From NCBI GenBank assembly GCA_964247055.1, contig OZ176050.1, positions 12,958,001-13,022,000 on the forward strand: a DNA stretch of 64,000 nt. Direction: 5' to 3'. Both the position numbers and the translations under genes were made by a program. Positions 51,001-63,605 of the stretch are shown piece by piece. Under the pieces are notes generated by a model. The model was not told the DNA's origin and did not search any database. It was given only the letters and a program-made list of their open reading frames with translations. Every line of letters begins with the position of its first letter. Position 1 is the first letter of the stretch. The DNA is from Paragordius varius (lineage: Eukaryota > Animalia > Nematomorpha).

Positions 51001-54000
51001 TATACTGAAAAACTAACAAATTATGCCATAAAGATATATTATATATGAATGAGTCATATTAGCCCGAAACTCATTTTTTTAGGGTTTTGAATTGTTTAAG
51101 GGCGAATTTGTAAATAATATGTTATGTGACGAAGGATTTCAATTACCTTGTATTTTCAGTAGAAGCTACTTTTCAGTTAATTCGTTACTATTTGTATTAA
51201 ACACCACGCACTACTCTAAATCCTGGTACGTATAATAACTATCAAACTTTTTTTAGTAAACCATTAACATTATTTTTATACATTTTTTAATTATGTAACG
51301 TTACTACAAGAGTAAATGTTAAAATATATATATTTTAAAAGCATCCATCCTTTTCTTGTTAACCAGATGTGTTGAGAAGTTTTTCTGCTGTAATGTTTAT
51401 TGCTATAAAAAACATAAATTATGCATTGTAAAAATATTGTACAGTAGCGTATGGCAAAAAACATTATTAGTTCATAAAAGAATAAAAAAATGTTTTTTTT
51501 AAAAAACAAGCCTAGTTGAATATACACACATCCATATAATCCTGTTATTTATTAAACTCTTTTATGGACTTATATTGTTTTATGCCATACTGTACTGTAA
51601 ACTGCTTAAAGCTCTTTTCTTCCCTCCCTCTCTCCTTTGGTACTCAGATGGTGTACTTAAATTATATAATAAATAGTTTACGATTTTATAATTCCACATT
51701 CGTTTACCCGTTTTATTTTTACACATGTATTTTTATAAATTTCAAATTCACAATTTATTGTGTTTTTATTTAAATTTATATTTTAGATATGTTTTTAGGT
51801 ACAGTGAAGAGTTTTATTATTGGATATTAGGGTTTATTGGTTAAACTTAGAATAGAAATATAGATCATGAGTATATAAGAAAGTTATTAATTATTGCCAA
51901 ATAGCGTATGCAGCAAAGAGAATTATTATTGGCTAATAAGAATAAATAGCTAAAAAAATAACTATAAGTCAATAATACTGTCCTTTATTGTATATGCTAT
52001 TTGGTAATAATCAATAACTTTCTAGCAATATATACTTACTCATACAGTGTTTTTATTACTAAAATTGTCACCTATGTATTATATAAACAAAAAAAACAAA
52101 AAAAAATTATGCATGTTACACACAATGCTATAAAATCTGATTTCTTAGATATTTTGTGCGTAATGTCATTTGGACAATTTTTGATGAAAATTACTTTCTT
52201 GTTGGGTATTATTTATGTCCTGTACACGTTTCTTTTAATTACACTAGACAACAAATTTTTTTGCTACTCTAGTTTTTTTGCATTTTCTGATATTTATACT
52301 ATCCTTTCAATAGTAAATCTGAAATAAAAGTTATAATTCCACCAAAGAATTATATATAATATGATTTTTATGACTATGCGCTCTCTTTATTAAAATTTTA
52401 CTAAAAAATGTTTTTCTTTGGAAATATACAACAAATGCCCATTTCTAATATATCATTCGAAAGAGTAATGAAAACACTATAAGATGCATACTAAGATGTT
52501 TTAAATTGATAGTTAATATTGGACATAGAGAGCGACGAACCCGCGAAGCGAGAGCGTTTTTTTAATTTATATATTTTTAAAACTTATGGATGAAAATAGC
52601 TCAAACATTGAGTAGATGGCAATAAATGTCCAAAAGATAAAACAAGAAAGTTTTTTTGATTAAACATTTATTGCTTTTATGTCATAAACAACCATATTTA
52701 ATTTTTTGCCTTCTAAAATTATTATCATCATATTAATATTAATTATTTTTTTAAGGCTCAAAATTTTAAAAACTACAAATATGGTTTAAGGATCTTTTAA
52801 AGCATAATAAATTTACAGTTATAACTATGCATTTTATCCACGGGTAAAATATTTATGATAATTATAATTTTTATTAAAAAAACAAAACAAAAGATTTTTT
52901 TTAATTTTATACCAATGTAACCCTAATAATTATGTTAAAATAATTTATATGATTTTTAAATTAGTCTGTATGTGAAAATTTTTGACTTATTTAAGGGTTG
53001 AAAATTTGACCATATAAAGCCAAATAACTTTTACATCAGATTGTTTTAAATGAGTAACTACCATTCGAAAGATTCAGTTTTTTGCGTTCTTTCGAATGCT
53101 ATAAAATATATGGCATTAACTATAACTTTTGATTTTGAAAATTTCGAGTTTACAGTCATGTATCCTTTATTTTATTTTATGCATAAAATATGCAAATTAT
53201 AGAAAAACTTTAAAGTTAAATTGTATATTAAATGGAATTTCCTCCTTTGTAATATATGATTTTAGATAATCATCTTTTTTCTTACTGTTATTTAGAATAA
53301 AACCATCAATAGAACTGCCATAGAGGTCGCCACAATAGATTTCATGGATGAAGGAGATTTAGATTCGAACGAAGAAAATTTAACATCCACAAGGTTATCT
53401 CATCAGGTATGATATCAGGCATATAAACGAGCAAATATTTTTATTTTTCTCTCTATATACGGTATTAACTTTAAATGAAATGTAGGCATATTAAAGGTTA
53501 CAAATATAATTTAACAATTAACCTTTACGATTTTATTGAAGTGTCTCTGACTTTTTGAAATTAGCACACTATAGAGTTTGATTAAAATGGGTTAGATCAA
53601 TTTTTCTTTTTTTAATAATTTTAACATCTATCCTTAGGTTTTATTAATCTTAAAACTTTAAAAGTATACCCATGGATTAAACATTGGCTCTTTTAAACTA
53701 ACTTTATGTCTTTAAAAATTTGTTAGCATTTTTCTTAGCGAATGATGATGATTTTAGAAAAATATATTCAATACCCTATTAGCGCTTCTTTTACACAATT
53801 GGATATTTTTGAAATTTAAGGAGTAATTACTATTTTTACTAAAAATAAATTTTGTTTTTCTTTTTAAATATATATATGATAAATGTTTAAATTAGTCTAA
53901 CAAACTCTCTACAAGGTCATTTTCTCTATCATTCAAATCTATATAGTATAAATTTTTTATACATCTATTTTTGGTAAATTTAAAAAAGGTATATAATATT

Positions 54001-57000
54001 TTAAAATTATAGTTTAAAAATAGAGCTATTTTTATGCCTTTTTTTTGTTAAATTTTAGTTTTCCTTATAATATATCTATTGTTCATTCATATAAAATTAA
54101 GCAAATAAATATAACCTCATGTCTACTATAGCATGTTTTATATAAAACATACTATAAAATCGATATATAATATATTGAGATGTAAATGGATATTGTATAT
54201 AACAAGTTTTTATAACAGCAAAAAATTTCGATATAAGGTTTAATGATATAAAAATTAACAAGTAATTTATCATAATTACAACTTTAAAGTTTTAAATAGC
54301 CTTACAGACAGGGGCCTCCGCCTACACGAATTAAGGTGTGGTAAAAAATGCACTCTTAGGGGTTTTCCCGAAAGAAAATCAAAAAAATTTTGCAATTAGT
54401 TTTTGAGTTCCTATTATTAACACTTGGGTACAACACATTCATTTTAGTCGTTTGATTCAAATTGGGGTAGTTAAATACCCCAGGCCTGTTTAAAAATTGA
54501 ATTCTTTAAAAAATATGGAAGGAATCGAAGCCATGGCAAAGTTTTGCACTTATATAACATTAATAAACCTAAATATATAAAAAAATTCATTCAAAAATAC
54601 TTGATATTTCTTATTTTAAGCTAAAATAGAAAGGTAAAAATTTAGTCAACGTGACATGTGTGCAATGGTAAAATTGAAAAATAAAAAATAAACCGCTTTT
54701 TCTATTATTGACGTTTGTTGGAATTTAAATAAAAATTAGTTTTAATTTTACCCTTAATATTAAATAAAGACGATATTTTGCAAAAATTTTGTAAAATAAA
54801 AATGGCGTCGAAGTAGTTTGACATGTAACTTTTTTTTCGAAACAAAATTTTATTTAGATATTTTAGCATATTTATAAATTTTTATTAGGATAGAAGCATA
54901 AATTTAAATCCGTTTCCTTCAGTAGTTTTTTTAAAAATCCTAACTCAAATTTAGTCTGGGTTATTTAGATACCCCAACTCGAATCGAAGTGTAAAAGTTT
55001 TTAACACATTGGAAATCCCCTTCTAAATCTATCATTCAATATTGTTCCCCTTATTTGTATTGTTACAAAATAATAAATATTATATTGAAAAATTATATCC
55101 AAAGTTGCACTGATGTTTTTACCTTATTGTTTTATTACTTCAATTGCAGCGTGAAATTTAAGATTAGGGACTGTTGACTACAAAGTATTATAAAGATGAG
55201 TGTAAAAGTTTTATTAAAAATGATTAAATTATATCATATCATAAAACTAAACGTTAATTACTTATATAATTGGTTTATAGGTGAAACATTCAAGTTATCA
55301 TCAATCATCTATCAATGATTCCGCTCCTCTAAAATATGGCAAATCCAATATTTTCACAAATGCTTCTTCAACAGATTATTACCTTGATGAATGTGATGAA
55401 AACAACCGTAAACACCCTGAATTTAATATTCATAGCAATGATAACGGTCAAAACAAAATCAATATTTTATCTTCAAATTATTCCATTACCACCAATGTAA
55501 TTAAGCATTCATCAGGTCTTACCTTGTCCACAAACTCTACTACTAAATTAGTGAGAGATGTCAAACAAGCCTACCAATGTCACGAATGTGGCGAAGTCCA
55601 AGATTTTAACGATGACGTGGAATACTTGTTGGCTGGTATTAAGGCTTCTTCCGATAGCAACAACACTATTGCAATGAGATGTTTAAGGTTTGATTATCCC
55701 TGAATTGAAAAGTTTGAAGAGGGCATTTATATAGTATATTAATTTTTGGAAAATTAAAAGGTGTGTCTAGGTTGCTTTAAATTTGTAACTATTATGAAAA
55801 GTCAACAAAATTTAAAAGTAGTTTAGGAATGTGAGTGTCAATTTATAAAGCAATAACTCAAAGTTAAACACAAAATACGGTAAAGTTAATACGGGAGTTT
55901 GTGATCGAAAGAATTTTTAAGTCTAAATTAAAAACCCTAATCTTATTGGATATGTAGAAAAAATAAGTGCTGTAATATGCTTACCTTATTAAAATTATTG
56001 ACAATATTCCTTTTTAATTTTAAATGGCGAAATATAATTCAGAATTTTACTATTATACCTCTTAACTTAAACCAATTCTCCAATGTTATATATTCCTTAT
56101 AATTTAATTTGAATCATAGTGGTGTTGGAATATATTAGTTTCAAACACATCCATATTCACCATAAATATTTGGGTTTTTACATTAAAATCAGTTTTTTAG
56201 CATAAGATCAACACCAATCAATAATATGTAAAAAAGCAATTTTTATTATGATCATTCAATATTAATTAAAATAACTATATCATTTACATTTTTACAGTCT
56301 GTTAAGTTTAGCCAACAAGTGTCTATCCACTCAATTCCAAACTCAATTGCGTGCACGGGGTTTCGTTACCCCAATTCTGAAATCCTTCAAAGATATGCAA
56401 TCTGATAACGTACTTATTATATAGATATAAAATTATTTTGTTTTTGTTACGTTATTTTAAATCTAAATTCATAAAAGTTTTAAAAAGACATTTTCTGTAA
56501 AATAAACTTAGATTTGAACTTTGTTATAAAAAATTTTATTTATCAAAATCTTGGAGTCATATATCTAAATACATCTATTTTTTGTTTTGATTAATCAATT
56601 TTGCATAGTATATAAATTGTGCACACTTTATACGTTTTATCCAAAAATTATATAATCATACATTTATAAATCAAATTTTTTAGAATTTATGCATTTGTAT
56701 GTTGGTCCTTTACCTTACCCTAACGTACGATAAAAAAAATCATTGGGAATTGCTTCACGATGAATGTCAAATCCTTCAAACTATATTGCTCACTTTGGTT
56801 AAAAAATTTACCAATAAAACATCCACACAATTGGAAAACGATAGCCAAAATAAAAATGTTACAACTTTTAAACACAAAACAAAAGTTTATGATATTTTCG
56901 ATAAATTATTTGCGGTTGTTGGGAATCAATGCACTTCTTTAACTGATAAAGAATCCAATTTTAATAATTCGAATAATGTTGGCAACAATAATAATAATGT

Positions 57001-58166
57001 TAATCAAGATAATAAACCGGCTACCGAATACAGTTTCAATGAACGATGGTCAGATCTTGCCAACATGTACAAAATGAAAAAGGAAAATTTTATAAAGGTA
57101 ATCTCTTTAGGAATTAGGAAGGAGATTTATACCAAAATTAATTATTTTATCAATCGTCCCTACTAGAACCAGTTTGGAATTTGAATCATTAAAAACTGGT
57201 TGGAACCAAAAATAATTTAAAAAGGATGAATTTTTTATATACGTTTTAAAGATATGGATATATATTTCATTTTTATATATACAAGGTTAACCTTGCCTTA
57301 AATCGTTTAATTTTTAATTTTATGTAAGATGTTTTATATAAATCTCCCATCAAGCAATTATATTTTTTTGTGAATTATTTACTAATTTTACCATTTGATC
57401 ATTGTAACTAATTTTTGTTGGGGCATAAAAACCTCTTTAAAACTAATGGAACGATTTTGTCCTGTGTTACTTGGTTTCATAACCTGATATAACTCAATTG
57501 TTTAATTTTTTTCTATAAAAAATCTTTAGATTGAATGGCTGGGCATGGAATCTTTAATCAATCTCTTGTGTTATCAAAAGTGCGATGATGCCAACATCCG
57601 TAAAATGATTATCAAAAATCACGGAATTGATTTATTAATGAATCAAGGTATAAAATATATTTTTTGATATACTAACATAATAATGATATTTTTATAAACA
57701 TATAATACAGTCAATAGAAATGTTTTTATAATTCTCTTTTTTGTATTGATAGATGTTTGAAAGGGGGTTACTATTATTAAAAAAAATAATGCCTAATTTT
57801 ACTTGGGGCTTAATTATCCTTAACCTTTACATATGTTTTTATAGAAATTCAAACGCTTCATAATTGTAAATTATCTAAAATATTTTAATATATTTTTATT
57901 TTTTTAGTATCCATGGTCTCTGCTACAATGCTCTCTAATAGCAAACATAATAAAGCTAATTTTTCTCCGTTGTTAAAAGTGTCACATGTAAATCAAAACG
58001 ACACGTTCCTTGAAAATAAAGAAAATGATGTTGATGATAATACATTGTTGGAAAACGATGAAAATGCGAATAAAGTAGAACACAATTTACCAATGCAAAC
58101 CATAGATTTACATATTCCATCTCTTAAAGCTTACATTTTTTCCCTTGAGAATGTAAGTTTTTTTTC

Positions 58167-58202
<36 letters not shown>

Positions 58203-61200
58203 CATTTTTTGTGTCTTTTGTTGCCTTATAATATACAGTAAAGTATGGTAACAAACAACTAATGGTTAAAATTAAACATTTCAACATTATGTTTGCATAT
58301 TTAATTGTTGGCAAATATTTTTATGCTATACGCTTCTGTATAATGCATTATAATGTTTTTTTCGATATCATGGAAATCTTTTTTTTCTTAAGTTGCAAAA
58401 CTGATTATAATAATGAGATGCAAATTTTTTGAATTGTATTTTCTTTTACATAAAACTACTGTTTCAAATAATTCTGATATAATTTTTATTGTAAATCTAA
58501 TATTGATATATAACTGTTTTAACTGAAAAATAACGTCAAAATTTTGAATTGTATTTTTTATTTTTTGTGTGCATAGATTTTGAATGTTTCCGAAGTCGGT
58601 GGTCAATCCATCGTTACAAACAATGTCGAGTTTTTAGCCACATTATTAAGGTAGTTTTAAAAAATTTGTAAACAGACGGGTATATATTAAAAATGTCTCA
58701 AAAATATCCAAATTTATTGCATTTAACTTTTGAATATATTTATCTTACCGATTGTTTTTATCAATATTATGACCTATTTTAAACTTAAATTTTATAAATA
58801 CTACAAATTTATATAAAATATTCCTGTTATAGATTATTAACGCATTGTACCACCGCTATTTTACCTACATTGGATAGCATGGTTGATGATACCATGTCCC
58901 CTCAAATATATCCCAAGCTATCCCTCAGTTTAGCCATCTTGAAACTTTTGTTGAACATTACCCACGAAAATGGTATTTATAAAAAAAAATTGTTTCAATA
59001 ATATGTTTTTTAATACAGTATGACTAAGTATACATTGCTAGAAAGTTATTAATTATTGCCAAATAGCATATGTGCAGTAAAGAGAATTATTGTAATGGTA
59101 ACTAACGGATTGGTTATGTTTTGTAATAACATTAGATAAAATCCGTAATATAACGATAATGGATAATTAAATAGAATTAAATGAAACTATAAATAGAAAT
59201 ATTATCGTTATATTACGGATTTTATCAAAGAGAATTATTATTGGTTAATAATAGTAAAACTTGAAAATAACTATAAGCCAATAATACTGCCCCCTTTGTT
59301 ATATATGCTATTTGGCAATAATTAATAACTTTAAAGCGATGTATACTTACTCATACTGTAATTAAATAATTGTGTTTTAAACACAAAATGCATTTAAATG
59401 TTTAATCGAATATTGAAATATATTTTTATTAAACCAGAAAAATCCGTAACAACATTAATGGAAGAAAGTTTGAAAATGTCATCGGGAGGATTTGAGATAT
59501 TTAATCATTTCACAACAATAATACTGGCTATTACACCTGACAAACTGTTGGATATCAATTTTGATTTTTTAGTTTTGGTATAACAAAAAATTTTTTCTTG
59601 ATTCCTTTTGTTTTTGTAAATTAACATATTTAAAAATAAATTAATACAATTACTATGCAGCTATATTATTTTTATACCGATTAATAAAGATTCGTATAAA
59701 CTTATTATATTTAAATCGAATTTTTTTAAAAAATATTAAGGTTATTTTATATAACTTTTATTTAATTGCATAGATTCTGTGTTTTATGATAAACCTGATT
59801 GAACATAGCAGTCAAAATAATCGATACTTTGTCACACAATGCAACAAATCCGGACCCAATAACAAATTAAAACCCCTAATTCGCGTAATGAATTTTAAAT
59901 TTTTTTTCTCTTCAAATTATCATATTTTGACTAGTTTTTTCCATATAGGATTATTTATTATTAATATAACTTTTTTATTTTATTAACCTTTAACAAAAAT
60001 CCACTTAATAGTATTTGCGCTAGAATATTGTTAAAATAATTGGAAATAGGTTTTTACTACGGTTAACGTTTTTTCAACAAAAATAAAATCAAAACATGTA
60101 AATGTAAATAGTAAGACATATTTAAAATTTTATTTAGCATCAATCTTTCGGAATAACCATATATTTATTTTATTATATTCCAGCTATTCTTTGATTACAT
60201 TGAGTTTGCTAAGCAAGCTGAAAATGTAAATGATACCGATCTCATAGACAGTAGCACGTCATGTAATTCTGTTGAAACGCCTTCTCCTTCATCGTCAAAT
60301 TTAATTTCAAAAACGAAAAATATTAATTTATTATCCTCAAACCCAGAAGAGTCTATATTAAATAGCAATTTGGAACCCTGTAATATTGCAGAAAATGATA
60401 ATTTTGTTGAAAACACTAAAAATGAAAGCAGTATTTCAGTAAAGAAAACGTATGGTGGTGTAAGGACATATGGGACGTCGGAAAAAGTGCATGAGAAAGC
60501 ACAGAAAATGTTGACAAAAAGTTTGACTCTTAGTTATTTACCATTTTCCAAAGATAATTAAAGTTGTTTGATTTGCTTGAAATGTTCTAGTTCTTTAATA
60601 ACACTGGACAACAAATTTTTCTGCCACTCGAGTTTTTTGAATTTTCTGATATTTAATATCATTTTAACAGTAAATCTGAAATAAAAATTATAACTCTTTG
60701 GAAGAATTTTGTATAATTTGATTTTTTTGATTATGCGCCCTCTTTATCAAAATTTTACTAAAAAATATTTTTCTTTGAAAATATACAAGTAATGCCCATT
60801 TGTAATATATCATTCGAAAGAGTAATAAAAACTCTATAAAATGCATACTAATATGTATTACATCGACTGTTAATATTGGACACAAAGAGCGACAAACGCG
60901 CGAAGCGAGAGCATTTTTTTAAATTATTATATTTTTAAAAGTAATGGATGAAAATAGCTCAAACTTTGTTTAGATGGTGATGAATGTCCAAAAAAGATAA
61001 CACAAGAAAGTTTTTTTGCTTAAAACATTTTTTTATTGCTTTTATGTCACTCAAAACAACCATTTTTAAGTTTTTTTGTTTTTTAAAAATTACCATCTCA
61101 TCAAAATTAATTTATTTTCTTTATAAGGCTAATAATTTTGAAATTTTAAAGATAAAAACAAAGTTTAAGGTATTTTTGATATTTTATAGCCATTATGTAA

Positions 61201-62707
61201 TAAATTTACAGTTATAACTATGCATTTTAGTATCCACTAGGTAAAATATTTATGATAATAATAATTTTTATTAAAAAAGCAAACCAAAAGCTTTTTCAAA
61301 CATTTTTTTAAAATTAAATATTAATATAACCCTAATAATTATATTAAAATAATTTATATGATTTTTAAATTAGTATGTCTGTGAAAATTCCTGACTTATT
61401 TAAGGATTGAAAATTTCGACCATTTAAATCCAAATAACTTTTACATCCGATTGATTTAAATGACTTACTACCATTTAAAAGATGCAGTTTTTTGCGCTCT
61501 TTCGAATGATATAAAATACATGGCTTCATATCTAAAACCTTTAATTTTCGAAATTTCGAGTTTAATGTTAAATCGGGGCCAAAAATTATCGATAAACTCT
61601 AATATAAAAAAATCCTTCCATGCTAGACCAATTTTCTTTTCAGATATACTAATTATGTACATTAATGAAATAAATTTTAAATTTACAAGAATGGCAGTTA
61701 AAAAAAGTTAAAATTTGTTGTCTAGTGTAATTATGTATTTCAATTAAAATTTAACCATAACTTATTTGAAAAAAATTGTAAATGAGTTTTATTAAAAGAT
61801 CTCATCAGTAGTACTCATGTAATATATATATATATACATATATAATTTTATTTTTTAGTCTTGCATCGTGCGGGAAAACATATGGAATATAGCCTTATAG
61901 CCGCCTACATTTCGTTATTCATTGGATGTTTGATACAAAATTCTGAGGTAACTATAGTAGTTAATATAAAAAATTATCGAGTTTTAACAATTAGCAATTT
62001 ATTATAAATGAAACGTTTAAATTAATATATATTTAAAGATTCATTTATTATAAGCTAAACTTAAATATATAATTAATTTACATTGAATTTATTAAAATAT
62101 AAGTTTAAAAATAATTTTATATCAACCACAAATATATTTTTTGCATATTTTTAGGAAAATCGCAAAATCCTGTCTGAACACATTTATTCGCATTTAAGCG
62201 AAGAGCAAAGACCAACACTAGACAAAAATCCGTTTACGCCCTTGATTGATATATTGGGAAAATTTTTGACTTTTGTCGAATATTCGGTAAGAATTCATAA
62301 AATATATTTTTTGAGTGTCATGTTTTTTTAAAGTTATTTTAATTTAATACCTTCTTGTATTTTATATTTTACATAATTTTTGTTTTTTAATATAATAATA
62401 TACAGTATGAGTAAGTATACATTGCTAGAAAGTTATCAATTATTGCCAAATAGTAAATACAATAAAGGGCAGTATTATTGGCTTGTGTAGTTATTTTTTT
62501 TCACTTTTTGCTATTATTAACCAATAATACTGCTCTTTGTTGTATTTACTATTTGGCAATAATTTATAACTTTTAGAAATGTATACTTACTCATACTATA
62601 TATTTTACTCTAATTTTTGTTTTTTATGTCTATAGACTGCTTGTGGGGTGTCCAGTATAAAGATTGATTCAATAACGCGAATAATTGAAACTTTTAAAAA
62701 GTCTTAA
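36071..62707 (+). CDS. WAPL: Cohesin release factor WAPL, ~1554 aa, 15 exons
   Basis: Exons 36071-38233, 53296-53406, 55281-55687, 56298-56409, 56684-57097, 57530-57647, 57908-58152, 58577-58650, 58833-58972, 59438-59577, 59774-59884, 60184-60520, 61859-61947, 62155-62286, 62636-62707, all phase-compatible. WAPL-domain motifs: GEVQDFNDDVEYLLAG, RCLSLLSLANKC, LLLNITHEN, MINLIEHS..NR, LHRAGKHME..IAAYISLFIGCL. The WAPL domain is secure; linkage of exon 1 across the 15-kb intron is inferred. Confidence 0.88.
38461..39957 (-). CDS. Nested, antisense, Cys-free secreted protein, ~257 aa, 2 exons
   Basis: Exon 39957-39509 (AG|GTATAA, phase 2) joins exon 38785-38461 (ATACTAG|A) in frame. Signal-peptide-like N-terminus MMFAQFLIVSLVAVLNYVAG; no family recognised. 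Confidence 0.75.
41263..41438. mobile_element. MITE family A copy (right end truncated)
   Basis: TA|CAGTATGAGTAAGTATAC start with palindromic interior. Confidence 0.75.
42510..43250 (-). mobile_element. Penelope-like retroelement remnant (linker plus GIY-YIG endonuclease)
   Basis: Frameshifted fragments RIAKKLKKEIRVY, NCEYYYCYIGQTKR, DKRIKKH and IRIIKARHIN...LINR occur in the order expected for a PLE endonuclease; interrupted by the element at 42616-42802. Confidence 0.6.
42616..42802. mobile_element. hAT-like MITE (AGGGATGTCCAACAC...GTGTTGGAACCCCTG)
   Basis: TIR resembles CAGGG-type hAT ends; related copies at 46347-46523 and 46984-47160; no clear TSD. Confidence 0.55.
43649..43908. mobile_element. 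hAT-like MITE
   Basis: CAGAGGTGTCCAAC ... GTTGGCTATACCTG with flanking 8-mers ATCTACAC / ATCTAAAT (6/8 match, eroded 8-bp TSD). Confidence 0.6.
44563..45067. mobile_element. Degenerate piggyBac-type element copy
   Basis: TTAA|CACATGGGTAC start; interior colinear with 34379-34960 but with deletions. Confidence 0.65.
45405..45698. mobile_element. MITE family D copy
   Basis: TA|CAGTAAAAATTG ... CAATTATTACTG|TA. Confidence 0.75.
46051..47554. repeat. Tandem duplication (period ~637 bp) bounded by three copies of palindromic MITE family E (TA|CAGTCATGTATCC)
   Basis: MITEs at 46053-46273, 46688-46910 and 47325-47552; spacers 46274-46685 and 46911-47322 appear identical by eye. Confidence 0.85.
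47610..49760. repeat. Diverged inverted pair containing coding-like remnants
   Basis: Three reverse-complement similarity blocks: ~47620-47700 / 49670-49755, ~48045-48075 / 49255-49295, ~48335-48435 / 49005-49090, symmetric about ~48.7 kb. Confidence 0.6.
50270..50809. mobile_element. piggyBac-type element copy, reverse orientation
   Basis: CTTCGATTCGAAATGGGGTA ... TATCCAAGTG, the reverse complement of the family ends; TSD eroded. Confidence 0.7.
50902..51115. mobile_element. Degenerate MITE family B copy
   Basis: CATTTATAGTTCAAATTTACCCTTAAACAATTC start with internal homology to 24114-24442. Confidence 0.6.
51442..51597. mobile_element. MITE family C copy
   Basis: TA|CAGTAGCGTATGGCA ... 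TGCCATACTGTACTG|TA. Confidence 0.75.
51867..52046. mobile_element. Degenerate MITE family A copy
   Basis: Palindromic interior matches family A; TIRs eroded. Confidence 0.65.
52242..53150. mobile_element. CACTA-like element, truncated copy
   Basis: Starts CACTAGACAACAAA; colinear with 60602-~61560; ends at a MITE-E left-end fragment (~53152-53175). Confidence 0.65.
54421..54991. mobile_element. piggyBac-type element copy
   Basis: TTAA|CACTTGGGTAC ... GAATCGAAGTG|TAAA. Confidence 0.8.
59016..59358. mobile_element. MITE family A copy carrying a 135-bp insertion
   Basis: TA|CAGTATGAC ... CTCATACTG|TA; insertion 59092-59226 is flanked by the 13-bp direct repeat AAAGAGAATTATT. Confidence 0.8.
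60602..61727. mobile_element. Complete CACTA-like non-autonomous element, 1126 bp
   Basis: TIR CACT(G/A)GACAACAAATTT with 3-bp TAA on both flanks. Confidence 0.7.
62403..62598. mobile_element. MITE family A copy in the last WAPL intron
   Basis: TA|CAGTATGAGTAAG ... CTTACTCATACTA|TA. Confidence 0.85.
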
Positions 62708-62876
62708 TATATATATCTTTTCTAATGGAATATATCTATAAATGTGTATTTATTTTGTATTATTTTTTATCATAAATTTGATCCACATATTATATGGCTC
62801 AATATTTGAACACGTCATATGAAATATGATTAAAAAAATATTTATTTTTATAATTAATTTACAACATTATCAGTTT

Positions 62877-62911
<35 letters not shown>

Positions 62912-63605
62912 TAAAAAATATTTAAATTTAGATTTTTAAAATTTGTATGTCCGATTTATAATGATTGATTTCAGTTATTTATTAGTATTTTTGCACCCTA
63001 AATTCACTAATTTATTTTTTATATCTACTTTTTTTGGTCAAACATTTAAAATATTTATATCGATGATCTACTCAAAATTTGTATCATATATAATCTAGTT
63101 GCTTTTTCTTAAACTTTACGGTTTTTTCCTATAAAAACTCTTGGAAATTTAGCATTTTTATACATATTAGATTTTATTATAAAAAAACTCTAAAAAAAAT
63201 TTAATTTTTTTATTATACTATCTAAAAAACCCAAATTTCGAAAACTTTACAACTTGATATTAATCATGATTCCCCAATCCTATTGAGATATTTATGTATG
63301 TATAAGTTCCATCCTTCTTTATATTACAAAACTATTGCTTTCCATATATACACTAATAATTTTGATTATTTAAAAACACATTACACAAAACACAGATACA
63401 TACATATACATTACACTATAAATTAAATTAATATTACAAAAATAAATTTACAATATATATATATAAATATAATTTCTTTGGGAAAAAAAGTAGATTTTCA
63501 CTTTATTATTAAAATGGCTATTAAATGCATTAGTTTGTGCAGAATTTTGGATTATCTCTAGCTAATATTGCAACTAAAAGTTTTTTTGAAACCAATGGGC
63601 TTGTT

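Noticed and set aside
56410-56424. 15-nt GT...AG segment after a WAPL exon as a micro-intron
   Set aside because: Followed almost immediately by a stop; the exon joins correctly to 56684.
60458-60465. Consensus-looking donor GTAAGG as the end of WAPL exon 12
   Set aside because: Phase 0 is incompatible with the next exon; the GTTTGA donor at 60521 gives phase 1 and MLTKILHRAGKHME, which fits WAPL better.
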